DNA of 64,000 nucleotides from Nanobdellota archaeon (GCA_030647095.1 JAUSKH010000043.1:1732-65731), one strand, 5' to 3'. Shown: positions 39,120 through 48,634, counted from the stretch's first letter. The notes: a model not told the origin generated them from the letters alone. A program made the numbers and translations.

Positions 39120-40046
39120 ATGAATAACAAGGTATATAATAAGATAAACTGCGAGAATTGTAAAAGCGATAATACAAAGAAAGACGGACTTAGAAAAACC
39201 GAGAATAGAGGGAAAATTCAGAGATATGCTTGTAAGGAATGTGGTTATAGATTTACTCTTGATGATGGGTTTTACAGGATGAGAAATAATCCTATTAAGA
39301 TAACTCAATCAATAGATTTATTTTATAGAGGAGTTTCAACAAGAAAAGTCCAAGAACATCTGGGCGTTTTCTATCCTCATAATGCGAGTAATGTTTCAAT
39401 CTATAAATGGATAGTAAAATATTCTCAAATGATAAGCAAGTTTACAGGAAAGTTAAAAGCTAATGTTTGCGAAGAGGTGCAAGTTGATGAGGTAGAATTT
39501 CATAGAAGGAAAAGTCATCAAGCTAAAAGAGGAGTAGAGAAAAACTTCTTTGTAGATAGTATTTGTCCTGAAACTCGTTTTTTAGTAGCTTCTGCTTATG
39601 GTAGAACAAGAAGCAGTAAAGAAATAAAATCAGTTATGAACAACATTAAAAGCAAAACTGATAATCAAATTAAGGTAGTTACTACGGATGGATTTTTTGC
39701 TTATAAGAAAGTTGTTAAGTCTGTTTTTGGCTACAATAATAAGTTAGGTAGATATAATGTTCTTCATAATATTGTTACTGCTTCTAATGGCGAGGGCTTT
39801 AATCATCCAATAGAAAGACTACATAATAATGTAAGAGCAAGAACAAAAGTAATGCGTGGATTTCATGGCTCTATTCATTCTGCAAATGCTATAATGAGGG
39901 GATTTGAAATATATTATAACTTCATAACTAAAAATCAGGCAATAGATTGCTGTCCTTACGAATTAGCTATGCCTGAAATGAAAGAAGATTTGAAAGATGT
40001 AAAAAATAAATGGTTAGGATTAATTTATAGGAGTAAGGGATTGTGA
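39120..40046 (+). CDS. IS1/IS6-like DDE transposase
   Basis: N-terminal CxxC..CxxC, HTH, QVDE, TTDG, IERLH. Confidence 0.88.
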   Translation: MNNKVYNKINCENCKSDNTKKDGLRKTENRGKIQRYACKECGYRFTLDDGFYRMRNNPIKITQSIDLFYRGVSTRKVQEHLGVFYPHNASNVSIYKWIVKYSQMISKFTGKLKANVCEEVQVDEVEFHRRKSHQAKRGVEKNFFVDSICPETRFLVASAYGRTRSSKEIKSVMNNIKSKTDNQIKVVTTDGFFAYKKVVKSVFGYNNKLGRYNVLHNIVTASNGEGFNHPIERLHNNVRARTKVMRGFHGSIHSANAIMRGFEIYYNFITKNQAIDCCPYELAMPEMKEDLKDVKNKWLGLIYRSKGL

Positions 40047-40152
40047 TTTTTATATCATTTTATATTAATCTAATATAAATTAATATAGAAAGTTATAAAT
40101 AGTATCAAAAACTATTAGAAAGGTATAAAAGGCAAACTTATAGTATTGATAT

Positions 40153-40338
40153 ATGGTAAAAATTCAAGTTAATCTTGACGAAGAAGAAGATGGGACACTT
40201 GAATCATTTAGGTTTGTAAATGGATGTAAAAGCAAGGAAAAAGCTATAAAAATGCTCATAAAACGGAGTGAGGACTTTCAAGACGTAAAAGAATGCGTAA
40301 AAATAAAAAATAAAAATAAAATCACTAAGAAAAAATAA
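40153..40338 (+). CDS. Small ribbon-helix-helix-like protein
   Basis: MVKIQVNLDEEE...SKEKAIKMLI pattern. Confidence 0.5.
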   Translation: MVKIQVNLDEEEDGTLESFRFVNGCKSKEKAIKMLIKRSEDFQDVKECVKIKNKNKITKKK

Positions 40339-40340
40339 AA

Positions 40341-40520
40341 ATGAATCAAATAATGACAACAGCAATGAGAAAGGTTTTTAAAGATTTTAATATTAGTAAT
40401 AGCATGATGGTGAAAGAGGTTGGTTTTGGTTGTTGTATTTGTTCTTCTTCTAATTTTGTTACTGCTTTAGATAACAAATACACCATTAACTTTAAGAGTA
40501 TTGGGGGTGCTTTCTTCTAA
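40341..40520 (+). CDS. Hypothetical 59-aa protein
   Basis: Open frame; stop overlaps next ATG. Confidence 0.35.
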   Translation: MNQIMTTAMRKVFKDFNISNSMMVKEVGFGCCICSSSNFVTALDNKYTINFKSIGGAFF

Positions 40521-40669
40521 TGACCTCTAAAGAAACTAAATTGAAGAGAGAGCTAAATGCTTGGAAGGAAACCGCAAAAGTATTGGCGGATAGAAAGATT
40601 ATGATTTCTATTCAAAAATCATTAACAGAGATTGCAAAAGGCAAAGCAATTCCTGCTTCTCAACTATAA
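40520..40669 (+). CDS. Small antitoxin-like protein (RelB/Phd C-terminal style)
   Basis: WKETAKVLADRKIMISIQKSLTEIAKGKAIP, 49 aa. Confidence 0.55.
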   Translation: MTSKETKLKRELNAWKETAKVLADRKIMISIQKSLTEIAKGKAIPASQL

Positions 40670-40670
40670 A

Positions 40671-40800
40671 GGTAACGCAGGAGTATTCTTGCTTGGTGTT
40701 GGGCACTAAGTTGACCCTGGAAAGCTCCTGCGGTCGTTCCCAACTCTCTCCTTCACCTTGTGGAAGGGTTTTAGGTCTGAATGAATTGGGTTGACTATGA
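40671..40800 (+). ncRNA. Candidate structured RNA/regulatory element
   Basis: GC-rich; stems cgcaggag/ctcctgcg, cttggtgt/gcactaag, cccaa/ttggg, ccttc/gaagg. Confidence 0.35.
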
Positions 40801-40805
40801 TAATG

Positions 40806-41108
40806 CTAATGTAATTTATTTTTTCTCTTGATATATTCTTTAATGTTCTTATAAAAATCATTGGTTTTTTTACCGACGTGGATAGCCATCACCTGTAAAA
40901 TACTATCCTCTTTTGCATAAACGAGTCTATAATGATTATTCTCAAAATGAACAGAATAAAAACCCTTTAAGTCACCTTTTAATGGTTCACCCAATAATCT
41001 TGTTTCAAGTTCTTTCAAGATTTTCCTAACCCTCTCTTGTATCTTTTTGTCTAATCTTTGGAATTGCCTTTCAAACTCTGGTGAAACTACAACCGAATAT
41101 ACTGTCAC
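40806..41108 (-). CDS. RelE/ParE family toxin
   Basis: YSVVVSPEFERQFQRLDKK...GEPLKGDLKGFYSVHF..YRLVY..IHVG. Confidence 0.85.
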   Translation of the reverse strand: MTVYSVVVSPEFERQFQRLDKKIQERVRKILKELETRLLGEPLKGDLKGFYSVHFENNHYRLVYAKEDSILQVMAIHVGKKTNDFYKNIKEYIKRKNKLH

Positions 41109-41380
41109 TTGTTTTCTTCTCCCTCTTTTTTAGTTTGCCCCTTTTCTTTTTTCTTCTCCCTTTCTTCGTACTTTTTTAGTCTCTCTACAAACACTTCAAG
41201 CCAAACATCGAAGGGTAATGATAATGGTGCTTCTGGGTCATTCTTTTCCATATGTTCTTTTAATTTTTCAAGATTTTTCTTGTTAACTGAAATACTTATC
41301 CCAATTTTTTCTATCTTTTCAAATCTCTCTAACTCTTCATCCGTTTCTTCTTCCATTTCATCTGGATTTATTTCTACCAT
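41105..41380 (-). CDS. Putative antitoxin/RHH-like protein upstream of RelE
   Basis: Acidic, overlaps toxin start by 4 bp; ISISVNKKNLEKLK. Confidence 0.55.
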   Translation of the reverse strand: MVEINPDEMEEETDEELERFEKIEKIGISISVNKKNLEKLKEHMEKNDPEAPLSLPFDVWLEVFVERLKKYEEREKKKEKGQTKKEGEENK

Positions 41381-41575
41381 TTATTTAATAAAATCCTAAT
41401 ATTTATATATTATAAATATAGCAACACTATTTAAAAAGCTTTCTATCACAAAAATTTATCTTACCAATTAAACACCCGTTAAGTTAACAATACAAATAAA
41501 AAGAAACCTTTAAAAACCATAAAATTATTATTCATATGTCTACTTCTTAGATGTTAAGGGGTAGTCGGAACTTAC

Positions 41576-42034
41576 ATGATTTTCATAATAAAAGTCACGA
41601 CGAATAAAGAAGACAAAGCCGTCGATATGATTAGCGATCGCTCTGAGAGAAAAAATCTTCCTGTTTATGCAATCGTAAGACCTCACGGTTTAAAGGGATA
41701 TATTATTCTGGAAGCAGAAGATAGAGAGACTGCTGAAGAAGCTGCTTATAATCTTCCTTATGTGAAAGGAATAATTGGAAAGACTGTCGAATATAATGAA
41801 GTGAAGAATATGCTTGAGCCTAAGGTAGAGGATGTAAATATGGAGCTTGATGATATTGTAGAAATGATTGCGGAGCCTTTCAAGGGTGAGAAAGCTAAAG
41901 TTACAAGAATTGATAAACAGAAGGGAGAGGTTGTTGTTTCGCTGCTTGGAGCCTCTGTTCCTATACCTGTTACTGTTAAGATAGATAACGTAAAGGTTAT
42001 AAGGCGTGAAGCTGACGAGGAAGAAGAAAAATGA
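41576..42034 (+). CDS. spt5: Transcription elongation factor Spt5
   Basis: LKGYIILEA, EPFKGEKAKV, PIPVTV. Confidence 0.95.
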   Translation: MIFIIKVTTNKEDKAVDMISDRSERKNLPVYAIVRPHGLKGYIILEAEDRETAEEAAYNLPYVKGIIGKTVEYNEVKNMLEPKVEDVNMELDDIVEMIAEPFKGEKAKVTRIDKQKGEVVVSLLGASVPIPVTVKIDNVKVIRREADEEEEK

Positions 42035-42780
42035 AAGTAAAATTACTTATCGAGGGTGGGAAGATGCAACCAGGACCTGCTGTAGCTCAGCAACTTGGAC
42101 CAATGGGAATTAATCTTGGAAAAGTTATAGCTGACGTTAATACTGCTACTGCTGGATTTAAAGGAATGAATGTTCCTGTAGAACTTGATGTTGATCCGAA
42201 AACTAAAACATATAAGATAGAAGTATTTTCTCCTTCAACAGCTGAATTAATCAAGAAGGAACTTGGTCTTGAAAAAGGGTCTGGAGCAGCAAAAACAAAT
42301 AAAGTGGCTAATGCTTCTCTTGAAACAATAATCAAAATAACAAAAACAAAGCAAGAGGGCTTGCTTGCTAGAGATTTGAAAGCAGCTGTAAAACTAGTTG
42401 TTGGAACGTGCGTTTCCCTAGGAGTAATGGTTGATAATAAAGAAGCTAAAGAAATTGAGAGAGATATAGATTCTGGAAAGTATGATAAAGAAATAAAGAA
42501 TGAAATTACAGAAACTCCTGAAGAGAAGAAACGTGATTTACAGGTATTTTTTGCACAGATTGTGGCACAGCAAGAGAAGACTAAGAAAGCTCTTGAGGAA
42601 GCTACTGCAGCTGCAGAGGCAGCTAAAGCGGCAGCAGCGACAGCAGTAGCAGCAACAGCGACACCTGCGGCTGCAGGAAAGGAAGGAGCAAAGACGGCGG
42701 CTGCGGCGACAGGAACAGCAGAAGCTGCTAAGCCAGCAGCAGGTAAGGAAGAGAAGAAACCTGCTGCTAAGAAGAAGTAA
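42031..42780 (+). CDS. rpl11: 50S ribosomal protein L11 with Ala/Lys-rich tail
   Basis: EGGKMQPGP..LGPMGIN; VGTCVSLGV. Confidence 0.95.
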   Translation: MKVKLLIEGGKMQPGPAVAQQLGPMGINLGKVIADVNTATAGFKGMNVPVELDVDPKTKTYKIEVFSPSTAELIKKELGLEKGSGAAKTNKVANASLETIIKITKTKQEGLLARDLKAAVKLVVGTCVSLGVMVDNKEAKEIERDIDSGKYDKEIKNEITETPEEKKRDLQVFFAQIVAQQEKTKKALEEATAAAEAAKAAAATAVAATATPAAAGKEGAKTAAAATGTAEAAKPAAGKEEKKPAAKKK

Positions 42781-42820
42781 TCGCCCTATAATTTATATAC
42801 CTCTTCTTAATGCGATTATA

Positions 42821-43141
42821 ATGACTGTTGAATATGATGATCTTCGTAATTATGATATAAGAAAGGGAGATTTGGTTATAATTGTTGAGCCTTCAAATTC
42901 TCATGGACTTAGTAGTTGTAAATCTTTTCCTGAAATTAAAATTGCTGGGGTGTTTGATGAGTTTGGAGGACCAAATCTTACTACACAGTTCTGGATGAAA
43001 GAAGGAACGACTTATAGACTTTCAAAAGATGTATGGAGTAAAACAGATGTTACACGGTATGTTGTGTTTGCACGGGAGATTTATTTATACAAGGATGGAT
43101 CAATAAGTAAACTTGTGAATAAAAGAGAGAGTGGTGTGTAA
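42821..43141 (+). CDS. Hypothetical protein
   Basis: 106 aa with own TATA. Confidence 0.55.
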   Translation: MTVEYDDLRNYDIRKGDLVIIVEPSNSHGLSSCKSFPEIKIAGVFDEFGGPNLTTQFWMKEGTTYRLSKDVWSKTDVTRYVVFAREIYLYKDGSISKLVNKRESGV

Positions 43142-43177
43142 CCAAAGATTTAAAAATATGTTACATAATACGTTTTT

Positions 43178-43615
43178 ATGAGTTTATTAGAAAATACTCC
43201 TCAACCAATTCGAGATTTGTATGAAGTTACTGGAAATCTTGTAAAAGCTATAGCTGAAGGTGGTTCCTCAAAAACTAGTCAGGTTATTGAGGCTTCAAGA
43301 CAATTATCCTATGCAATTTTAAATCCTGAATATAGAAAAGTAATGGTTTCTTTTACTTCTCTAGCTGGTAGTATGCTTGATGATTATCCAGGTGTAAAAC
43401 CTCACAATGTGTATGGAGAAAATTTATTGAAGATGAGTAGAAATCTTTCTGGTATTCATAAGTGTATGACAAGTGATGACTATAATAAAGATGAATTATT
43501 GAGTTATGTTGTAGGATTCAGAACTCACATTTCAGTTCTTGGTTTTCATATTGAAGATGTTGGAAAAGCTGCTAGAGGCGAGCATCGAAATAAAGATTTA
43601 GCAGACGTTCAGTAA
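43178..43615 (+). CDS. Hypothetical protein
   Basis: 145 aa with own TATA. Confidence 0.6.
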   Translation: MSLLENTPQPIRDLYEVTGNLVKAIAEGGSSKTSQVIEASRQLSYAILNPEYRKVMVSFTSLAGSMLDDYPGVKPHNVYGENLLKMSRNLSGIHKCMTSDDYNKDELLSYVVGFRTHISVLGFHIEDVGKAARGEHRNKDLADVQ

Positions 43616-43644
43616 CATTTAAAAATACCTTTTGATGAGTGATT

Positions 43645-43746
43645 GTGTCGTAAACTACATCCTTGAATCATAGATTCTATGGATTTAAGGCATAATGTAG
43701 GAGACTTACAACCGCCAGCGGGTTCTAAGAGTCCCGCAACTACGGA
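43645..43746 (+). promoter_or_regulatory. Structured 5' leader of rpl1 (possible autoregulatory element)
   Basis: Nested stems ctacat/atgtag, ccttgaatc/gatttaagg, gactta..aacc/ggtt..taagagtc. Confidence 0.4.
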
Positions 43747-43756
43747 GAAAAAAACA

Positions 43757-44374
43757 ATGGAATTAAAACAAGCATTGCAAGAATTACGAAAGGAAGAGAA
43801 AAAGAAATTTGATCAAAGTATAGATTTTATCCTCAATCTTAAAGGCATTGATATGAAAAGAGATACCCTCAATGCAATTATTACTCTTCCACATAAATTC
43901 AAGGATAAGAATGTATGCGCTTTTCTTACTAAGAAATCTTCTTTAGTAAACACAATAACTCAACCTGAATTTGCTAAGTATAAGGACAAAGCAGCTTTAA
44001 GGAAACTTGTAAAGAATTATGACTTTTTCATTGCTGCTGCTCCATTAATGCCACAGGTTGCATCAACATTTGGTAAAGTGCTTGGTCCTGCAGGTAAGAT
44101 GCCTTCTCCACAAATGGGTGTTATTATGACTGATAACGAAGATGTTATAAAAGAAACTCTTGAAAAGATCTCAAACTCTATTAAAATTAGAATGAAAGAA
44201 GCCAGTATCAAGATAGTTGTTGGAAAAGAGAGTATGAAGGATGAAGATATTATTGAGAATGTAATGAGCGCTTATAGTGTTCTTCTCAATGCCTTGCCAA
44301 AAAAAGTAGATAATGTAAAATCAGTTATGATTAAGCTAACGATGAGCAAAGCAATAAAAGTGGAGTTAAAGTAA
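43757..44374 (+). CDS. rpl1: 50S ribosomal protein L1
   Basis: KKFDQSID, FGKVLGPAGKMPSP, KLTMSK; ATG 43757. Confidence 0.95.
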   Translation: MELKQALQELRKEEKKKFDQSIDFILNLKGIDMKRDTLNAIITLPHKFKDKNVCAFLTKKSSLVNTITQPEFAKYKDKAALRKLVKNYDFFIAAAPLMPQVASTFGKVLGPAGKMPSPQMGVIMTDNEDVIKETLEKISNSIKIRMKEASIKIVVGKESMKDEDIIENVMSAYSVLLNALPKKVDNVKSVMIKLTMSKAIKVELK

Positions 44375-44375
44375 A

Positions 44376-45206
44376 ATGGCTAAAAAAGTGCAATCAAAAC
44401 AGGTCAAGAGAGAAAAACCAGTACCAGAATATAAATTAAGATTAGTAAAAGATATATTAGAAAAGATAAAGAGCAATAAAACTATTCTTGTTGCTTCAAC
44501 AAAGGGTCTGCCTGCTTCTCAATTTCAGAAAATTAAGAAGAGTTTAAGAGGCAAGTCCGAAGTAGTTATTGCTAAAAAAAGCATTCTTTTAAGAGCAGTA
44601 GATTCTGCCAAAAATGATTCTTTGAGTGAATTAAATAAATATATTGGGGATAATGTCGCATTATTCTTTTCTAATGTAGATGTATTTGAACTTTCTGCTT
44701 CTCTTACTGAAAACCAAGTATCAACTAAAGCTAGAACAGGGGACATTGCGCCTGAGGATATTACTATTGAACCAGGACCTACTGATTTAATACCTGGACC
44801 AGCAATTTCTGAACTTTCTGGAGTTGGATTAAAAGTTGCTGTAGAAGGAGGAAAGCTTGCTATTAAACAGGGAGCAACTGTTACTAAAAAAGGAGAGGCA
44901 ATAAATGAAAAAGTTGCAGCAGTATTAGGAAAACTTAATATTCTTCCGATGAAAGTGGGATTTATTCCTGTTGCAGCTTACGACGCAGGAAGTAAAAAAG
45001 TATTTAGTAGTATAAGGGTAGATAAAAAATCTACTCTTGAAAATTTGAGAGAATCTATTTCAAAAGGATTTGGTTTTGCAGTAAATATTGGCTATACGAC
45101 AAAGGAAACAGTTTCATACTTTATTATGAAGGCTGCTAATGAAGCAAGAGTTCTTGAACAGAAAGTTTCTGGATTAAAATTAGCTTCGCAGGGAGGAGAG
45201 TCTTAA
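44376..45206 (+). CDS. rpl10: 50S ribosomal protein L10 (P0)
   Basis: ARTGDIAPEDITIEPGPTDLIPGP. Confidence 0.95.
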   Translation: MAKKVQSKQVKREKPVPEYKLRLVKDILEKIKSNKTILVASTKGLPASQFQKIKKSLRGKSEVVIAKKSILLRAVDSAKNDSLSELNKYIGDNVALFFSNVDVFELSASLTENQVSTKARTGDIAPEDITIEPGPTDLIPGPAISELSGVGLKVAVEGGKLAIKQGATVTKKGEAINEKVAAVLGKLNILPMKVGFIPVAAYDAGSKKVFSSIRVDKKSTLENLRESISKGFGFAVNIGYTTKETVSYFIMKAANEARVLEQKVSGLKLASQGGES

Positions 45207-45207
45207 T

Positions 45208-45531
45208 ATGATTGTATTGGATGAATCGCGTATGAAAGATTTGCTAGTGATATTTGATAGGAAAATAGCAGAAGGCGATCTTAAAGCAATTCAACAAATA
45301 ACTAGTACTATAAGAGGGGCGTCTGAAAATAGTGTTGTTTTATATACTGGCATGAAAGCTTCTTTTATTGCTCAAAACGCACCTTATATAGGGGTAGATA
45401 AGGCTTTCAGATACGCGTCAGCTTTTTTTGATGAACATATTAATAGCAATAAGGCTGTTTTTGAAGCTTATTCTGGAATAGAGAAAAGACTTTTAGTTGC
45501 TAATCAAAATAATGGTAAGGAGGGTCAATAA
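45208..45531 (+). CDS. Hypothetical protein inserted between L10 and L12
   Basis: 107 aa, stop overlaps rpl12 start. Confidence 0.6.
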   Translation: MIVLDESRMKDLLVIFDRKIAEGDLKAIQQITSTIRGASENSVVLYTGMKASFIAQNAPYIGVDKAFRYASAFFDEHINSNKAVFEAYSGIEKRLLVANQNNGKEGQ

Positions 45532-45818
45532 TGGAATATATATACGGTGCTTTACTTTTGCATAAACTAGGCAAGGAAGTAACAGAGGATAGCTTGCACA
45601 AAGTAATTTCTGCAACAGGAACTGCAGTTGACGACGGAAAAATAAAGACATTAATCGCAAGTCTTAAAGGCGTTGACATTGATGCAGAACTTAAGAACGC
45701 TAGCGCTATGGCAGTTGCTCCGGCAGCTGGAGCAGGAAAGGAAGAGAAGAAGGAAGAAAAGAAAGAAGAAGAGAAGCAAAGTGAAAGCGCGGCAGGATTG
45801 AGTTCACTTTTCGGTTAA
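45531..45818 (+). CDS. rpl12: 50S ribosomal protein L12 (P1)
   Basis: MEYIYGALLLH...AAGLSSLFG. Confidence 0.97.
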   Translation: MEYIYGALLLHKLGKEVTEDSLHKVISATGTAVDDGKIKTLIASLKGVDIDAELKNASAMAVAPAAGAGKEEKKEEKKEEEKQSESAAGLSSLFG

Positions 45819-45839
45819 ACGATTATTTTTTTATTTTTA

Positions 45840-45929
45840 CAGATAATTAGGATAATTGGGTTACCTTTAGTTCCTAATTTTCTGTCTGGAGAATTCGAAC
45901 TAAATGTGTATAACAAACCGAATTCTCCA
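45840..45929. mobile_element. TA-flanked twin-hairpin element (family B), second copy
   Basis: Same stems as 4828-4918, different second loop; TA both sides. Confidence 0.75.
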
Positions 45930-45960
45930 TAAACTGAAAGGTTTTATTTGAGAAAGTTCT

Positions 45961-46428
45961 ATGGGAAGCAGTCAGATATTGAAAGAGTTATTTGAATTTA
46001 GAAGAAGGATAGATGAAATTTATTCTGGGATATTTGGTTCTCCTGACGCTACAATGACCGAAGACGAGATAAATGACCTGATGGCTAGAGACCCTTTGGG
46101 TTTGTTAGAAGCTAATAGTGAAATATTAGAAATTTCTACTTTAAAAAGATGGCTTGAATTTGAAGCAACTAAAGAAAAAGAATATAGGAGAAATTATTTA
46201 GTTGAAGTAATTAAAGAGAAAGGTTTAGCTGATCATTATGAAGAAATAATGAACGGAGCTGGGCAATGTTATAAAGCCCATGCAATAATTGATACTAAAT
46301 TCGCAAGTAGTTTATTTCATTCTTCTGCAATACATAGAGCAGGAGAAGAATCTGTAAGGGCTTTTGGTTTAAGATATATTGAACGCTGGCAGATGTATCA
46401 TGATTTATGGAAAGATTCTAAATATTAA
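45961..46428 (+). CDS. Hypothetical protein
   Basis: 155-aa ORF. Confidence 0.55.
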   Translation: MGSSQILKELFEFRRRIDEIYSGIFGSPDATMTEDEINDLMARDPLGLLEANSEILEISTLKRWLEFEATKEKEYRRNYLVEVIKEKGLADHYEEIMNGAGQCYKAHAIIDTKFASSLFHSSAIHRAGEESVRAFGLRYIERWQMYHDLWKDSKY

Positions 46429-46474
46429 TTGTTGAGGAGATATATATTTAAGGAAGCTATTCTAAGAAATTTGC

Positions 46475-46855
46475 ATGAATAGCGGCGTCTTAGAAGTTCG
46501 CTTGGATAATGAAAGATTGCTGAAAGAGATACACCATGATTCTAATGGCAATTATTACCTGGGAAAAGAGCGAGTTGAGCCTGTAATTGTCAGCCCACCA
46601 ATTTTAAGGCACATTCAAGTTTATCGAAGCATCGATAGTCCTGAATTAGTTCCTTGCCGTGAATGGATTCAAAAGGCTATTCTTTTTTATATGAAGGAAA
46701 AAGATTATCCTCTGGCAGATTCATTTATTATATGGGAAGCTTCCGCACAAACCATAAAAGAGGTTGATACTAGAAAGAACGAATATATTGAAAGTGTAAA
46801 TGAGCTTAAGGTTTATCTCCAATTTTGCAGATGTGGTGTTTCTAAAGATTTATAA
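46475..46855 (+). CDS. Hypothetical protein
   Basis: 126-aa ORF. Confidence 0.55.
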   Translation: MNSGVLEVRLDNERLLKEIHHDSNGNYYLGKERVEPVIVSPPILRHIQVYRSIDSPELVPCREWIQKAILFYMKEKDYPLADSFIIWEASAQTIKEVDTRKNEYIESVNELKVYLQFCRCGVSKDL

Positions 46856-47698
46856 TATAATTTCTCGTTCTTTTACCATACTTTTCTCTCCGTCTATTTG
46901 TAAAATAGCATATCTTAAGACGTTGTAATCGGATCCTATGTTTATAACGATTGTTTTTCCTATTTCAGCTCTTGCTTTAGCGTGAGTATGCCCACAGAAA
47001 TGATATTCGCCACCATCTGCCTCTAAAACGTCTCCAATTAAATTAGAACCGCTATAGGCTTCCATGAAATGTTGAGCTGGCGAATCAGACCAGCCATTTA
47101 AAGATAATCTTGGTATTGTGTGGCTAACACTTATTATTTTTCCAGTAGCTGTTTTAATTCTTTCAACAAATGCGCTCACAAGTTCTGCACAAACTTCTTC
47201 ATCATCCTTGTCTTCCCAATCCATATAGAGTCTATCTTTCCAAGTAATTTTTTTACCATCTGTAAAAAATGTGCCTCTTAATAGGTCTTCAATAGATACT
47301 CCTCTGTCTTGTCTTAAAAAAGAATAATCGAAATGCCCGTATGTTCCAATAAAAGAAATATCTTTGATATCTAAATTCCCTTTTTCTAAATAGGTAAAAT
47401 TATATTCTTTCCCCAGATTTGGAAAAGTTTCATTAAGCAATCTCCAGCTTGAGATATTGCCAAGCCTTCCCCATAATTCGTGATTTCCGATTATAAAACT
47501 AGTAGGACATTCAAATCTTCTTTTTAGTCTATCGAATAAGACTCTGTGATTTTGTAAATCTGAAGATAGTTCTGCATTATCTCCCCCTAAAATTAGACTA
47601 TCAAAATTTCCTTCAATTTCTGTTATTATCTCTAGTTTCTTTTTTGATAGAGGATTATTATGCTGGTAGTGCAAATCAAATAGCATTAAATTTCTCAT
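46850..47698 (-). CDS. Metallophosphoesterase (calcineurin-like)
   Basis: DLH, GGD, GNHE, SHT, CGHTH, NIGS. Confidence 0.88.
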   Translation of the reverse strand: MRNLMLFDLHYQHNNPLSKKKLEIITEIEGNFDSLILGGDNAELSSDLQNHRVLFDRLKRRFECPTSFIIGNHELWGRLGNISSWRLLNETFPNLGKEYNFTYLEKGNLDIKDISFIGTYGHFDYSFLRQDRGVSIEDLLRGTFFTDGKKITWKDRLYMDWEDKDDEEVCAELVSAFVERIKTATGKIISVSHTIPRLSLNGWSDSPAQHFMEAYSGSNLIGDVLEADGGEYHFCGHTHAKARAEIGKTIVINIGSDYNVLRYAILQIDGEKSMVKEREIIL

Positions 47699-47771
47699 AA
47701 AATTTCATACTCTTCTGTATTAAAAATATTGTTATGGTGAACTTGAATAAACAGTAATTTTAGGATAGAGA

Positions 47772-47823
47772 ACACAATGTCCACTATATTTATAATATGG
47801 GCTAACAAAGTGTCCCAAAATTT
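47772..47823. repeat. Recombination-like site 1 (core CTATATTTATAA plus arm AAGTGTCCCAAAATTT)
   Basis: Core shared with 49542 and 52568; arm is the reverse complement of 49519-49534. Confidence 0.7.
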
Positions 47824-47863
47824 AATTGATTGATAAATTAGAAATATCTATTATTGCAAAAAA

Positions 47864-48634
47864 TTAATGGAAGACTTTTTTTGTAACTCTTTTATTAGCT
47901 TTTAACCACATTTCATTAAAGTAATTTCTAAGATTGTCTGCAAGAGATTGAGAATGTATCAGCACAGAGAAAATAGATTCTCCCCACGAGACTAGTAGAA
48001 TTTTATCTTTTATTATATCAATATTGCCCGGAAGGGGCAAGTTGGAGAATCTCATAGTCAAATGTTTGGATTTCTTAGTAAACCAAGATTTTTTGTACTC
48101 TTCATTACAAATACCTCTATTTTTTGTTTCACTTACTAAATCAACAATACTATTATAAAATAAATTCGATTCTTCTGCATATTTTTCATCGTGTATGTAA
48201 AAGAACAAAATCTCATCATGTTTTGATGCATCCTTGCATAATTTTTCATAAGCTGTCCTTAACCCCTTCTTTCCTATAAAGACCTCTGCTTCTTGTTTAG
48301 ATTTTGACTCTTGTAACTTTTCCAGATCTGGAAGAATCTTTTTTAATGCTTCTTTTTCTTGGCTTATTTGTTCTTGCTTTTTATCGAGATATTGAATAAG
48401 GTTAGAAGGAGATGCTGCTTGAAAATATTTAGTCTTATTCTTGATAATATAGCTTACAATTCCTTTTTCTATTAACCTATGTAAGATATCATAAATATTA
48501 GAATAGGCGACTGCTGACTTCTTTACTATGGGCCCAACAGTTGAGCTTCCTAATTCGCTCAAGGCTAAGTACACTTTTGCTTCTCCTTCTGTTAGACCTA
48601 TTTTCAATAAATTAAACATTTCATGGTTAACCAT
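47864..48634 (-). CDS. TrmB family transcriptional regulator
   Basis: IGLTEGEAKVYLAL...IYDILHRLIEKGIV...FQAASP. Confidence 0.9.
   Translation of the reverse strand: MVNHEMFNLLKIGLTEGEAKVYLALSELGSSTVGPIVKKSAVAYSNIYDILHRLIEKGIVSYIIKNKTKYFQAASPSNLIQYLDKKQEQISQEKEALKKILPDLEKLQESKSKQEAEVFIGKKGLRTAYEKLCKDASKHDEILFFYIHDEKYAEESNLFYNSIVDLVSETKNRGICNEEYKKSWFTKKSKHLTMRFSNLPLPGNIDIIKDKILLVSWGESIFSVLIHSQSLADNLRNYFNEMWLKANKRVTKKVFH

Larger units (their letters stand above)
38841..41493. mobile_element. IS1/IS6-like transposon with passenger genes
   Basis: 19-bp perfect TIR attgttaacttaacgggtg (38845-63 / 41473-91); AAATAAAAA direct repeat at 38832-40 and 41494-502; DDE transposase inside. Confidence 0.88.

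Noticed and set aside
42600-42780. GC-rich repetitive tract as a DGR region or insertion
   Set aside because: Explained by the Ala/Lys-rich low-complexity tail of L11
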